A stretch of DNA of 64,000 nucleotides from IMG/VR virus record IMGVR_UViG_3300044994_000386, positions 1 to 64,000 of that record, one strand, 5' to 3'. Made by a program: the position numbers and the translations under genes. The notes beneath the pieces are model-generated. The model did no database searches. It was not told the origin of the DNA and was given only the letters and a program-made list of their open reading frames with translations. The stretch comes from a virus. Of this stretch, positions 56,112 to 64,000 are shown piece by piece; the first letter of the stretch is position 1; each line of letters opens with the position of its first letter.

Positions 56112-58670
56112 TTAAGATCCACATGCTAAACATTCTCCAGGTTCCGAATCTAAGCTACAAGCAATTTCCGACATTTGATCTTCTACTGACTTAGGCTTTT
56201 CTTCTTTTTGTACAGTAAACTTAACAGCATCAGCAGCACTCTTAGTTCTGAAATAATACATACCGGTTTTTAGATTGGTTCTTTTGTCGCGATAAAATTT
56301 TGGATTACCGGATTTATCATAAACTACTTCAATGGTCGGATCTTTAGGAATGACAACTTGGCCTTTTTCATCAGTGATTAGATTTCTACGTCCCCAACCA
56401 TAAAAATGCATTGATGTTAGCTTTCCGAAGTTAGCATTATCCATAAATATATTCATTGATTGTGTTTGGTCAATAAAAGCACCTCTATCAGCCGCCATAT
56501 CAATAACATCTTTTTGTTTAATTTCCCAAACTGTCTTGAATATTTCTTTAAGATTAACTGGAATTTCAGGTACATTTTGAACAGAACCGTTAGAAGCAAT
56601 GATTTTATTCCTAACCGAATCTGACCAGATTCCAAGTTTAACTAATTCTTTCACAAGATATTTGTTTACATTTATAAACTCACCTGAAAGTACACGTCTT
56701 ACATAAAGGTTTGAAGTTTGTGCTTCACAGGATGCTTCATTTCCTAAAATAGAAGCGGTTGATGCAGTTGGCATAATACATGTTGTTAAAGAGTTTCTAA
56801 CGCCAAATTTTTTAATATCTTCTCTTAATTTTTTCCAATCCCATCTATCTGTTGGTGTGACACCCCATAAATCAAATTGGAATTTACCTTTAGAAATAGG
56901 GGATCCCTCATATGAAGCATAAGGACCCTTTTCTTTAGCTAAGTCACAAGAAGCCCTCATCGCTGAATAATAGATAGTTTCAAATATCTCTTTATTCAAC
57001 TTTTTAGCTTCATCAGAATCATAAGGTAAATTTAATAAGAAGAAAACATCGGCTAATCCTTGAACACCTAAACCAATTGGTCTGTGTAAGAAGTTTGAGA
57101 ATTTAGCAGAAGGCGATGGATAATAATTAACATCGATTACATTATTCAAGTTAATTGTTGCCGAGTAAGCCACTTCATATAATTTCTTGAAGTTATAAGT
57201 TTTGTTTTTATTAACAAATTTAGACAAAGAAATTGATGCTAAGTTACATACAGCAGTTTCATTTACATATTCTTTACCATAAAATTCACCTAAGCCTAAA
57301 GATTCAAGTAAAGATTTATTCTGAAGAACTTTACTTTGAAATTTAGTAACACCAGTTGCTTCTACAATTTCAGCACAAAGATTTGAACTACGTATAATAC
57401 CAATATTTGATTGATTTGATTTTTCATTGATAGCATCTTTATATAAGATATATGGTGTACCGGTCTCAACTTGTGATTCAAGAATTTTGTTCCATAATTC
57501 ACGAGCTTTAATAGTCTTTTTGCCACGACCTTCAGACTCATATTTTAAGTAAAGTTTTCTAAACTCTTGACCATAAGTCTCGGTCAAACCTGTACATTCG
57601 TGTGGACACATCAAAGTCCAATCTTCGTCTAAGTCAACTCTTTCCATGAAAAGATCATTCATCCAAATAGCTAAGAAAAGGTCACGAGCACGTAATTCCT
57701 CTTTACCTTGATTTTTTCTTAAATCTAAAAATTCGAAGATGTCGGAGTGCCAAGGTTCAATATAAATAGCAATTGATCCTTTACGTTTTCCACCACCTTG
57801 GTCTACCGCACGAGCCGTCTCGTTGTAGATTTTCAAAAATGGAATAATACCATTGGAAGTCCCATTTGTACCAGCAATGTAAGATCCTTTGGCTCTAACT
57901 TTAGAGAATGAAATACCAATACCACCAGCATTTTTTGAAATCTGTGCTGACTCTTTTAAGGTGTTAAAGATTCCTTCAATTGAATCTTGTTCAACATCTA
58001 ATAAGAAACAAGATGATAATTGTGGCCTGATAGTGCCTGAGTTGAATAAAGTAGGTGTCGCGTGAGTATAATATCCTTCCGATAGTAAATTATAAGTTTC
58101 AATTACCTTAGGAATATTTTCGCCCCATATCTGAATTGCGGTTCTCATGTACATATATTGAGGTCTCTCTGCGACTTTACCATTGATTTTCAATAAGTAA
58201 GATTTTTCCAAAACTTTATATCCAAAATACTCAAAGTTATGATCTCTCGAGTGGACTATTGCTGAATCTAACTCATCAGCATGTTTTTGTACTATTTTGT
58301 AAAAACTTTCTGAAATTATGGGTGAGTGTTTACCAGTTTTCGGATTCACATAATTATATAAATCTCCCATTGTTTCGGAGAAACTTTTTTTAGTTTCTTT
58401 GTGTAGACTAGTTATTGCTAATCTAGATGCTAAAATTGCATAATCTGGATGTTTTGTTGTTAGTGATGCCGCAGTCTCCATTGCAAGTTTGTCTAGAACC
58501 CTTGTTTCAACATCAGGAGTAATTCCTTCGATTACTTTTTGTGCAACTTCAAAAGGAACGATCCATTTTGTGTCCAAACCATATGTCTGTTGATTAATGC
58601 GTTCTAAGATTTTATCTAACATCAAGGGTTCTTTTTTACCATTTCGTTTTGTTACTTTTATCATACTCAT
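56112..58670 (-). CDS. nrdA: Ribonucleotide reductase class Ia alpha subunit
   Basis: ATP cone VTKRNG, ATPTLFN, QLSSCF, SNLCAEI, VCNLAS, MPTAST, LKTGMYY, C-terminal CLACGS. Confidence 0.95.
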   Translation of the reverse strand: MSMIKVTKRNGKKEPLMLDKILERINQQTYGLDTKWIVPFEVAQKVIEGITPDVETRVLDKLAMETAASLTTKHPDYAILASRLAITSLHKETKKSFSETMGDLYNYVNPKTGKHSPIISESFYKIVQKHADELDSAIVHSRDHNFEYFGYKVLEKSYLLKINGKVAERPQYMYMRTAIQIWGENIPKVIETYNLLSEGYYTHATPTLFNSGTIRPQLSSCFLLDVEQDSIEGIFNTLKESAQISKNAGGIGISFSKVRAKGSYIAGTNGTSNGIIPFLKIYNETARAVDQGGGKRKGSIAIYIEPWHSDIFEFLDLRKNQGKEELRARDLFLAIWMNDLFMERVDLDEDWTLMCPHECTGLTETYGQEFRKLYLKYESEGRGKKTIKARELWNKILESQVETGTPYILYKDAINEKSNQSNIGIIRSSNLCAEIVEATGVTKFQSKVLQNKSLLESLGLGEFYGKEYVNETAVCNLASISLSKFVNKNKTYNFKKLYEVAYSATINLNNVIDVNYYPSPSAKFSNFLHRPIGLGVQGLADVFFLLNLPYDSDEAKKLNKEIFETIYYSAMRASCDLAKEKGPYASYEGSPISKGKFQFDLWGVTPTDRWDWKKLREDIKKFGVRNSLTTCIMPTASTASILGNEASCEAQTSNLYVRRVLSGEFINVNKYLVKELVKLGIWSDSVRNKIIASNGSVQNVPEIPVNLKEIFKTVWEIKQKDVIDMAADRGAFIDQTQSMNIFMDNANFGKLTSMHFYGWGRRNLITDEKGQVVIPKDPTIEVVYDKSGNPKFYRDKRTNLKTGMYYFRTKSAADAVKFTVQKEEKPKSVEDQMSEIACSLDSEPGECLACGS

Positions 58671-58765
58671 AATTTTCTATTTTTGTGTTTTTATATATCG
58701 CCTATATTTGTTAATTTTTTACTCGATTTTGATTTTTTTTAAGATTTTTTATAGTGTCATTTTTT

Positions 58766-59695
58766 TTATAAAAAATCGATGTTATTTAGCTTATTTAAAT
58801 TATGTTTAAACTTAGTGTTATTAAGGATTTTAGTGATATCTGACAATTTTACATAATAAATATTTTCAAAAGAATCTACTTTATACATTGATTCTTCATA
58901 ATTAGTTTCTAACACAACGCCAGTAACATGAATAGGATTACCTTCAATATCTTTAGATAAGAACTCAATTTCAGTACCTTCAAAAATATTACGGTTCATA
59001 ACTTCTTTCGAATATGATTGTTTACCGATGTGATCTTGTAATTCTGCTATGATCATCATACGCCATTTATTATCTAAAAGTTTAAACATATTAAATAAAT
59101 TGTCAGAAAAATAAACCGCCAATTCATTAAATAATTCTACATTACTAAAATTTTCAGATTTTAGATGTGTCTTTAGAAGGTAGTAATAATTGTTAAAGTC
59201 TGTTTTAGAAGGCTTTCTCCTATTATTTGTAAAATTCAAATCAGTATGTGTAGATAAAACTTCATAGACTTTTTCTTTAACTCTTTTTTGTTTAATGTAG
59301 TTTTCGTTATCTACAGATTCAAACCAATAATTAGAAGATTTATCTACTTCAAATGTCTCATTGAAGTACATTGAGGATCCTTCACCCTCACCTTCTTGTA
59401 TTGGTTCTTCTTTTCTTCCTTTAAATATTGAATCATACTTTAACGAGTGTTTACCCTCAAGAGAGTGTTTTGATAAAATAATGTCATTACTTTCGGTTTC
59501 AAGTTCATCTTCTTTGCTCAGATCAAATTCTAAATCATCCTCATCAATTTCAATAACCAAATCACTTGATTCATCATCCGAATCTATAAAATCATGAATA
59601 ACATTATCAATTTGGTCTTCATATGATTCTTGATTATCATTTTCATCCGGAGTAAAGTCTAACTCCTTTTCAATGTTATTTTTCTTTTTAGTCAT
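58766..59695 (-). CDS. Hypothetical protein with acidic N-terminus
   Basis: 309-aa ORF between helicase and nrdA. Confidence 0.65.
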   Translation of the reverse strand: MTKKKNNIEKELDFTPDENDNQESYEDQIDNVIHDFIDSDDESSDLVIEIDEDDLEFDLSKEDELETESNDIILSKHSLEGKHSLKYDSIFKGRKEEPIQEGEGEGSSMYFNETFEVDKSSNYWFESVDNENYIKQKRVKEKVYEVLSTHTDLNFTNNRRKPSKTDFNNYYYLLKTHLKSENFSNVELFNELAVYFSDNLFNMFKLLDNKWRMMIIAELQDHIGKQSYSKEVMNRNIFEGTEIEFLSKDIEGNPIHVTGVVLETNYEESMYKVDSFENIYYVKLSDITKILNNTKFKHNLNKLNNIDFL

Positions 59696-59718
59696 AAACG
59701 ATTTATTATTTTTTTTTA

Positions 59719-61059
59719 TTAAACGATATCTAAAAAGACATCGTTTTCAAGTGTGAGATAAGTAGGATTTAAATTCAATCTAACTTGTGATTTTAAAAAA
59801 TCACCATCTCTTTGTTTTAGTAATTTAAAACGATAGAGATTTTGTCTTTTCATCTCTTCAGTTCTTATTATAGCAAAAAATGTATCTGCTGTTTCGGCAA
59901 TCGCTTTAGATTCCGGTACTTGTTCAAGTGTGATATTATTAGAGTTCCAAGCATCTTTCGAAACTTGTACTCCAGTAATTACCGGACACTTATATTTAGC
60001 ACCAATTGCGCGAAGCCCTTCGGCTAATGATTTGCCTTTAGAATAAAGATTATCACTAGCAATACCCTTTGATGATGCGATTAATGTAATATAATCTACA
60101 ATAACCAAATCGATTTTAATTCCTTTTTTATCCTTTAGCTTTGTTAAGTAGTTATCAAAATCATTTATGGTTGCGGTACCAGCTGCCCAAAACTTAGTGA
60201 TAATTTTCCCAACTTTTTTCTCAAAAAGGTCACCACCAAAACCAGAAGATTGATTTTTGAGAGCTTCAATTTTCTTTTTAATAAGTTCTGTGTCTTTAGA
60301 AACCTTGTCATATTCATTAATTGGAATTTTAAGTCTCATGGAACCAATTCTTTTCATTACTTTACGCTCACTCATCTCAAGTGTTATGTAGAGAACATTA
60401 TAGCCTAAATCAGCAGATCTGGTGGCAAAGTTTTGCATCCAAAGTGATTTACCATTATTAGTTTCAGCCATGATTACATTTAGTGTCATTATATCCCAAC
60501 CCCCGCCTAATATATGGTCTAGAGTTTCGAAGCCAGACCTAACCTTATATTTAGCACTATCTTGAACATGTGATTCTGGATCATCAAAATCGGCTCCTAA
60601 GTCATCTTCTTTAATGAAGTTTATATTAGCCATATTATCAACAATTTCTTTAATTTTATTAGCTGATACAACAATTGATTCGAAGTCAGTGATTTGATCT
60701 AAATTTCTTATTTCATCAATGATATTAACTGTACCGCTTTTAAGTCTATTGGCTAAAATCCAAGCATTAAGTTTCGGAACAATAAAATTTTCTTCGTGGT
60801 ATTTGGATAAATTAACACTCAACATTGCTTTTAAAATACTTGGAGTGATGATTCCATCCTTATCTTCCAAAGAAACCATTTCTAAAATTTGTTTTGGCGA
60901 GGGTACATCCACATCTGAATTTTTTAACATATATTTGCGAATGATATTATAAACCAATTCGATTTCTTTATTTTTGAAAAAATAAGATTCTACGATTTCA
61001 AAATATCTTTTATTTTCAATGATGTAATTAAAAAAAATCTTTTCAAGTGAAACTGTCAT
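59719..61059 (-). CDS. Replicative DnaB-like helicase (gp41-like)
   Basis: SGFETLD, AETNNGKS, ITLEMSE, VDYI, ESKAIAETAD, LKQRDG. Confidence 0.9.
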   Translation of the reverse strand: MTVSLEKIFFNYIIENKRYFEIVESYFFKNKEIELVYNIIRKYMLKNSDVDVPSPKQILEMVSLEDKDGIITPSILKAMLSVNLSKYHEENFIVPKLNAWILANRLKSGTVNIIDEIRNLDQITDFESIVVSANKIKEIVDNMANINFIKEDDLGADFDDPESHVQDSAKYKVRSGFETLDHILGGGWDIMTLNVIMAETNNGKSLWMQNFATRSADLGYNVLYITLEMSERKVMKRIGSMRLKIPINEYDKVSKDTELIKKKIEALKNQSSGFGGDLFEKKVGKIITKFWAAGTATINDFDNYLTKLKDKKGIKIDLVIVDYITLIASSKGIASDNLYSKGKSLAEGLRAIGAKYKCPVITGVQVSKDAWNSNNITLEQVPESKAIAETADTFFAIIRTEEMKRQNLYRFKLLKQRDGDFLKSQVRLNLNPTYLTLENDVFLDIV

Positions 61060-61181
61060 GTGGTATGTTTATTTTTATACTTAATTATATTATTAAGTAA
61101 ATTTAAGTTTATTATATATACTTCACCAAAATCATGACTTCTTCTACATCTTATAAAATTTTAGAGAATTATTGAATCAAT

Positions 61182-64000
61182 TTAAATTATTTTTATTAAA
61201 AATTGTGACAAGAATTTAATCTTATATGAATCGAGTGGATTTTCACAAAGATCTGACCAAACAATCTCTTTTATATAATTTTTTAAATAATATCCATCAA
61301 TTCTATTCTTTGATGCGAATTCATATATATATTCTGCTACTTTAGATTTGATTTGATCACCAGCATCGTATCTCAAAAATTGTTTTATTAGATAGAAACC
61401 GTTATCTGTATAACCATTTATGTAACTTTTAAGTGATTGATAGTCTTCTTGATCATATTCTTTAACAAAGTCTTTTAAAATTAATAAAGAGTCAAAAATA
61501 GAACCACATAAGCTATAGAAGAACATACACAATTTAAAGTATTTTATTATAGTCATAATCTCAATTGAATTAGTATCTATACTTGAATATAAACCTTTAG
61601 CGCAAGATAAGATAAAATCTATTATATTTGAAGTATTACCTCTATAATTCCAACTAGAACTAGACTCTAATTCTTCAAATGCCTTATTAAATATTTCACT
61701 ATAAAATTCCATGTAATTTTCATCTGGTATCTTTTCTGCGACATCATTAATAAAGACATATCGACTACTTTTTTCTTTTTGCAAGTTGTGAATAGTCTCT
61801 GCTAACTTAATTCTTTTGGATTTCAGATCCTGTGGCGCATTTGATTTATTAATTAGATTTAATATTCTTTTGAAAATAGAAGATTTAAAATTTTCCAAGT
61901 AATCGAAAGCACAGACCCAAGAGGTGGATTCTTTGTCGACATTGATATCAAATACTTCTGCGTCAAGTTGTGTTACCCATATTTTATTATTATATTGAAA
62001 AAATATTGAAGATAAGTCTGAATTTTGAGATGGTGATACTACTTGATACATAGGGTAAGAAATAAAATCTACTTGATTATCTCCTCTATAATCTATTACT
62101 TTTAATTCATTCGAGAATGAACCTATAATTATAATTGGTGATGTATCAGGTGTAAAAGTTTCTGATTTCAAACCTTTAACTAATTTAAGGACGCTTGATT
62201 TATAAGATTTAATATCAATCCACTTATCTAACGGATCTATTTTATCACCTGTGTAGGCAACTATTACATCGACTACCATGCCGCTTAATATTGGACCAAA
62301 AGTTTCATGATTCTCCATTTTAGATTTAGGTATCCAGTCTTTAACAATATCGTTATAAACACAATTTGATTTCAAAAATCTTTCTGATAAATGATTACAA
62401 ATTACAGTTAGTTCTTCATTTACCCAAGAATCAACATCAATTGCCCAAACCGCTTTGTTTTTTGGTATCCATTTCTTTAAGTAATCTGACCACGTATAAT
62501 TTTTTATATCACTCCCACCTTTTGTATCTTGTATAAACCTAACTAGATACCCATTATAAGAATCCATATCATCTTTATTATATTTATTTGAGACAAAGCC
62601 TGAACCAGTTAATTGACCATTTTCATCAAGTTCTTGATATAGATAACACATCGTATCGGCATACGGATATAGATTTTCTACCGCCTTTTTAAGACTACAT
62701 CTCATAACACTACTATTACCTTTGTAGTGTGATGGCATATTATTTGGATTATCATTACCAATATTTTTCAAAGCCCAATTATAAACAAAATCAAAATCAG
62801 AATCTTGAATTGTATAAATTCTATCTAGATAAATTCTACCATCATCTAATTCCCAAAATAGGGCTCTCGCAATTAATTTATCAAATTGCTTTAAAATTAT
62901 CATTGATATCTTGTCTGGATTGTCTGCATATATTCTCAAAAATTCAGACCTCTTAGCATGTCTCATGCAAGAGTTACCTAATGTACCACTATTTTTGAAA
63001 TAGTTACTTTCATTATACCAATATATAATATCATCACCTTTAACAATCTCAATTTCTCTACCCACACCATGTTTCATATCCCAAATTGCCTTGAATTGAT
63101 TAACAAATGTTTCAATATCCGATTCGGTAAAAGAATAACCATTATCTTTAAGAATCTGACGAATCATTCTACCAATCTTTGCTTTACTCTTAGTTTTTGA
63201 TTCTAAATTTTCTCCCTTTTCTATGAATCTTAGGTACTGATTATCTGGAATGAATGATATTTCATCATTTTTATCGGATTGATCTATATAGTTATATTTA
63301 GTCTTGATATCTTTTTTGTAATCAATAATATTATATATCTCATCAGCAATTTTATTGTCCGATGGCATATCATTTATTATATCTTTAAATTCCTTACTAG
63401 TAACTAACAATGATTCGATGAGTAAATCTAGCGAATAATTTTTATCTAAAGAATGAGTATATTTTTTTATTTGTGATTTATCTAAGTCTTGTGTAATTTT
63501 ATCTTTTTTAAGATTGAATTTATCACCTAACTTTTTTATCATGTAATCAATTCCTTTTTTTGTAATTATAGTCAAAACACCAACTCCTATAGATAAAAAG
63601 TTGCTTTGTAAAGTATCTAGATTTAAGTTATACTTATCTACAAATAAAGCAATTACATTCATAGATGGAACTAATAAAGAAGTATAAGCAAATATATCGA
63701 TGAACCCATTGATGGTATTATACACATTTTTGAAGATAATTTTAATTAAGTTACCAATAGCTATTAGAGATTTAACAACCTTTTTTACAATACCATTGCC
63801 AATACCCCTTAGTTTTAATTCCATTAATAAAGACTGAGCATTTTCTTTAATTTCTTGATCTGATATATCAAGATTCATTTTAGTGCTCTTATTTTTTCTT
63901 TCTTCTAAATAAGAAATCACAACAGCTGTGATGGTAAGTAACACGATATTTTCCTTTCTGGGTTCTATACTTAGATTACTATTATCGATTAACTCATTTA
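61182..64000 (-). CDS. Large hypothetical phage protein, 5' end beyond right edge
   Basis: Frame stays open upstream of the GTG at 63944 to the edge; LGNSCMR..IARALFW..YLDRIY and YPYADT motifs. Confidence 0.7.
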   Translation of the reverse strand, partial: NELIDNSNLSIEPRKENIVLLTITAVVISYLEERKNKSTKMNLDISDQEIKENAQSLLMELKLRGIGNGIVKKVVKSLIAIGNLIKIIFKNVYNTINGFIDIFAYTSLLVPSMNVIALFVDKYNLNLDTLQSNFLSIGVGVLTIITKKGIDYMIKKLGDKFNLKKDKITQDLDKSQIKKYTHSLDKNYSLDLLIESLLVTSKEFKDIINDMPSDNKIADEIYNIIDYKKDIKTKYNYIDQSDKNDEISFIPDNQYLRFIEKGENLESKTKSKAKIGRMIRQILKDNGYSFTESDIETFVNQFKAIWDMKHGVGREIEIVKGDDIIYWYNESNYFKNSGTLGNSCMRHAKRSEFLRIYADNPDKISMIILKQFDKLIARALFWELDDGRIYLDRIYTIQDSDFDFVYNWALKNIGNDNPNNMPSHYKGNSSVMRCSLKKAVENLYPYADTMCYLYQELDENGQLTGSGFVSNKYNKDDMDSYNGYLVRFIQDTKGGSDIKNYTWSDYLKKWIPKNKAVWAIDVDSWVNEELTVICNHLSERFLKSNCVYNDIVKDWIPKSKMENHETFGPILSGMVVDVIVAYTGDKIDPLDKWIDIKSYKSSVLKLVKGLKSETFTPDTSPIIIIGSFSNELKVIDYRGDNQVDFISYPMYQVVSPSQNSDLSSIFFQYNNKIWVTQLDAEVFDINVDKESTSWVCAFDYLENFKSSIFKRILNLINKSNAPQDLKSKRIKLAETIHNLQKEKSSRYVFINDVAEKIPDENYMEFYSEIFNKAFEELESSSSWNYRGNTSNIIDFILSCAKGLYSSIDTNSIEIMTIIKYFKLCMFFYSLCGSIFDSLLILKDFVKEYDQEDYQSLKSYINGYTDNGFYLIKQFLRYDAGDQIKSKVAEYIYEFASKNRIDGYYLKNYIKEIVWSDLCENPLDSYKIKFLSQFLIKII

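Noticed and set aside
11161-62956. Other short opposite-strand ORFs nested in long genes (e.g. 18152, 22939, 51186, 59361)
   Set aside because: Fully overlap well-supported genes and show antisense-type composition.

Overview
This is an AT-rich segment of a large T4-superfamily-like (jumbo) myophage genome, probably infecting a Bacteroidota host. Host evidence is a TTTG-N19-TAnnTTTG promoter, no obvious Shine-Dalgarno motifs and a DUF6576-like protein. Recognisable core genes include tail sheath, tail tube, gp25/gp26/gp51-like baseplate, gp15-like and gp4-like proteins, small and large terminase, clamp loader, Mre11/gp47, DnaB/gp41, gp55-like sigma and NrdA. Accessory genes include Dam, ClpP, ClpS, type II glutamine synthetase, a ferritin-like protein and a HAD phosphatase. 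Three things stand out. (1) Bases 1-10985 hold a tandem array of at least 15 paralogous LRR gene units: 11 intact, one cut by the window edge, two pseudogenes and one in-frame cap-only cassette. They share constant N- and C-caps and carry 3-13 mosaic 21-aa modules, an architecture reminiscent of lamprey VLRs. (2) A Ro60/TROVE gene is preceded by two Y-RNA-like elements and an apparent terminator/antiterminator switch that could let Ro60 regulate its own expression. (3) A shared N-terminal MK(H/Y)LKxF(E/N)-type peptide resembling the T4 capsid-targeting sequence occurs on about 16 unrelated ORFs and, in variant form, on the LRR proteins, and mostly co-occurs with an AATATATA late-promoter-like motif. 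All family assignments are from motif recognition by eye; no searches were run.
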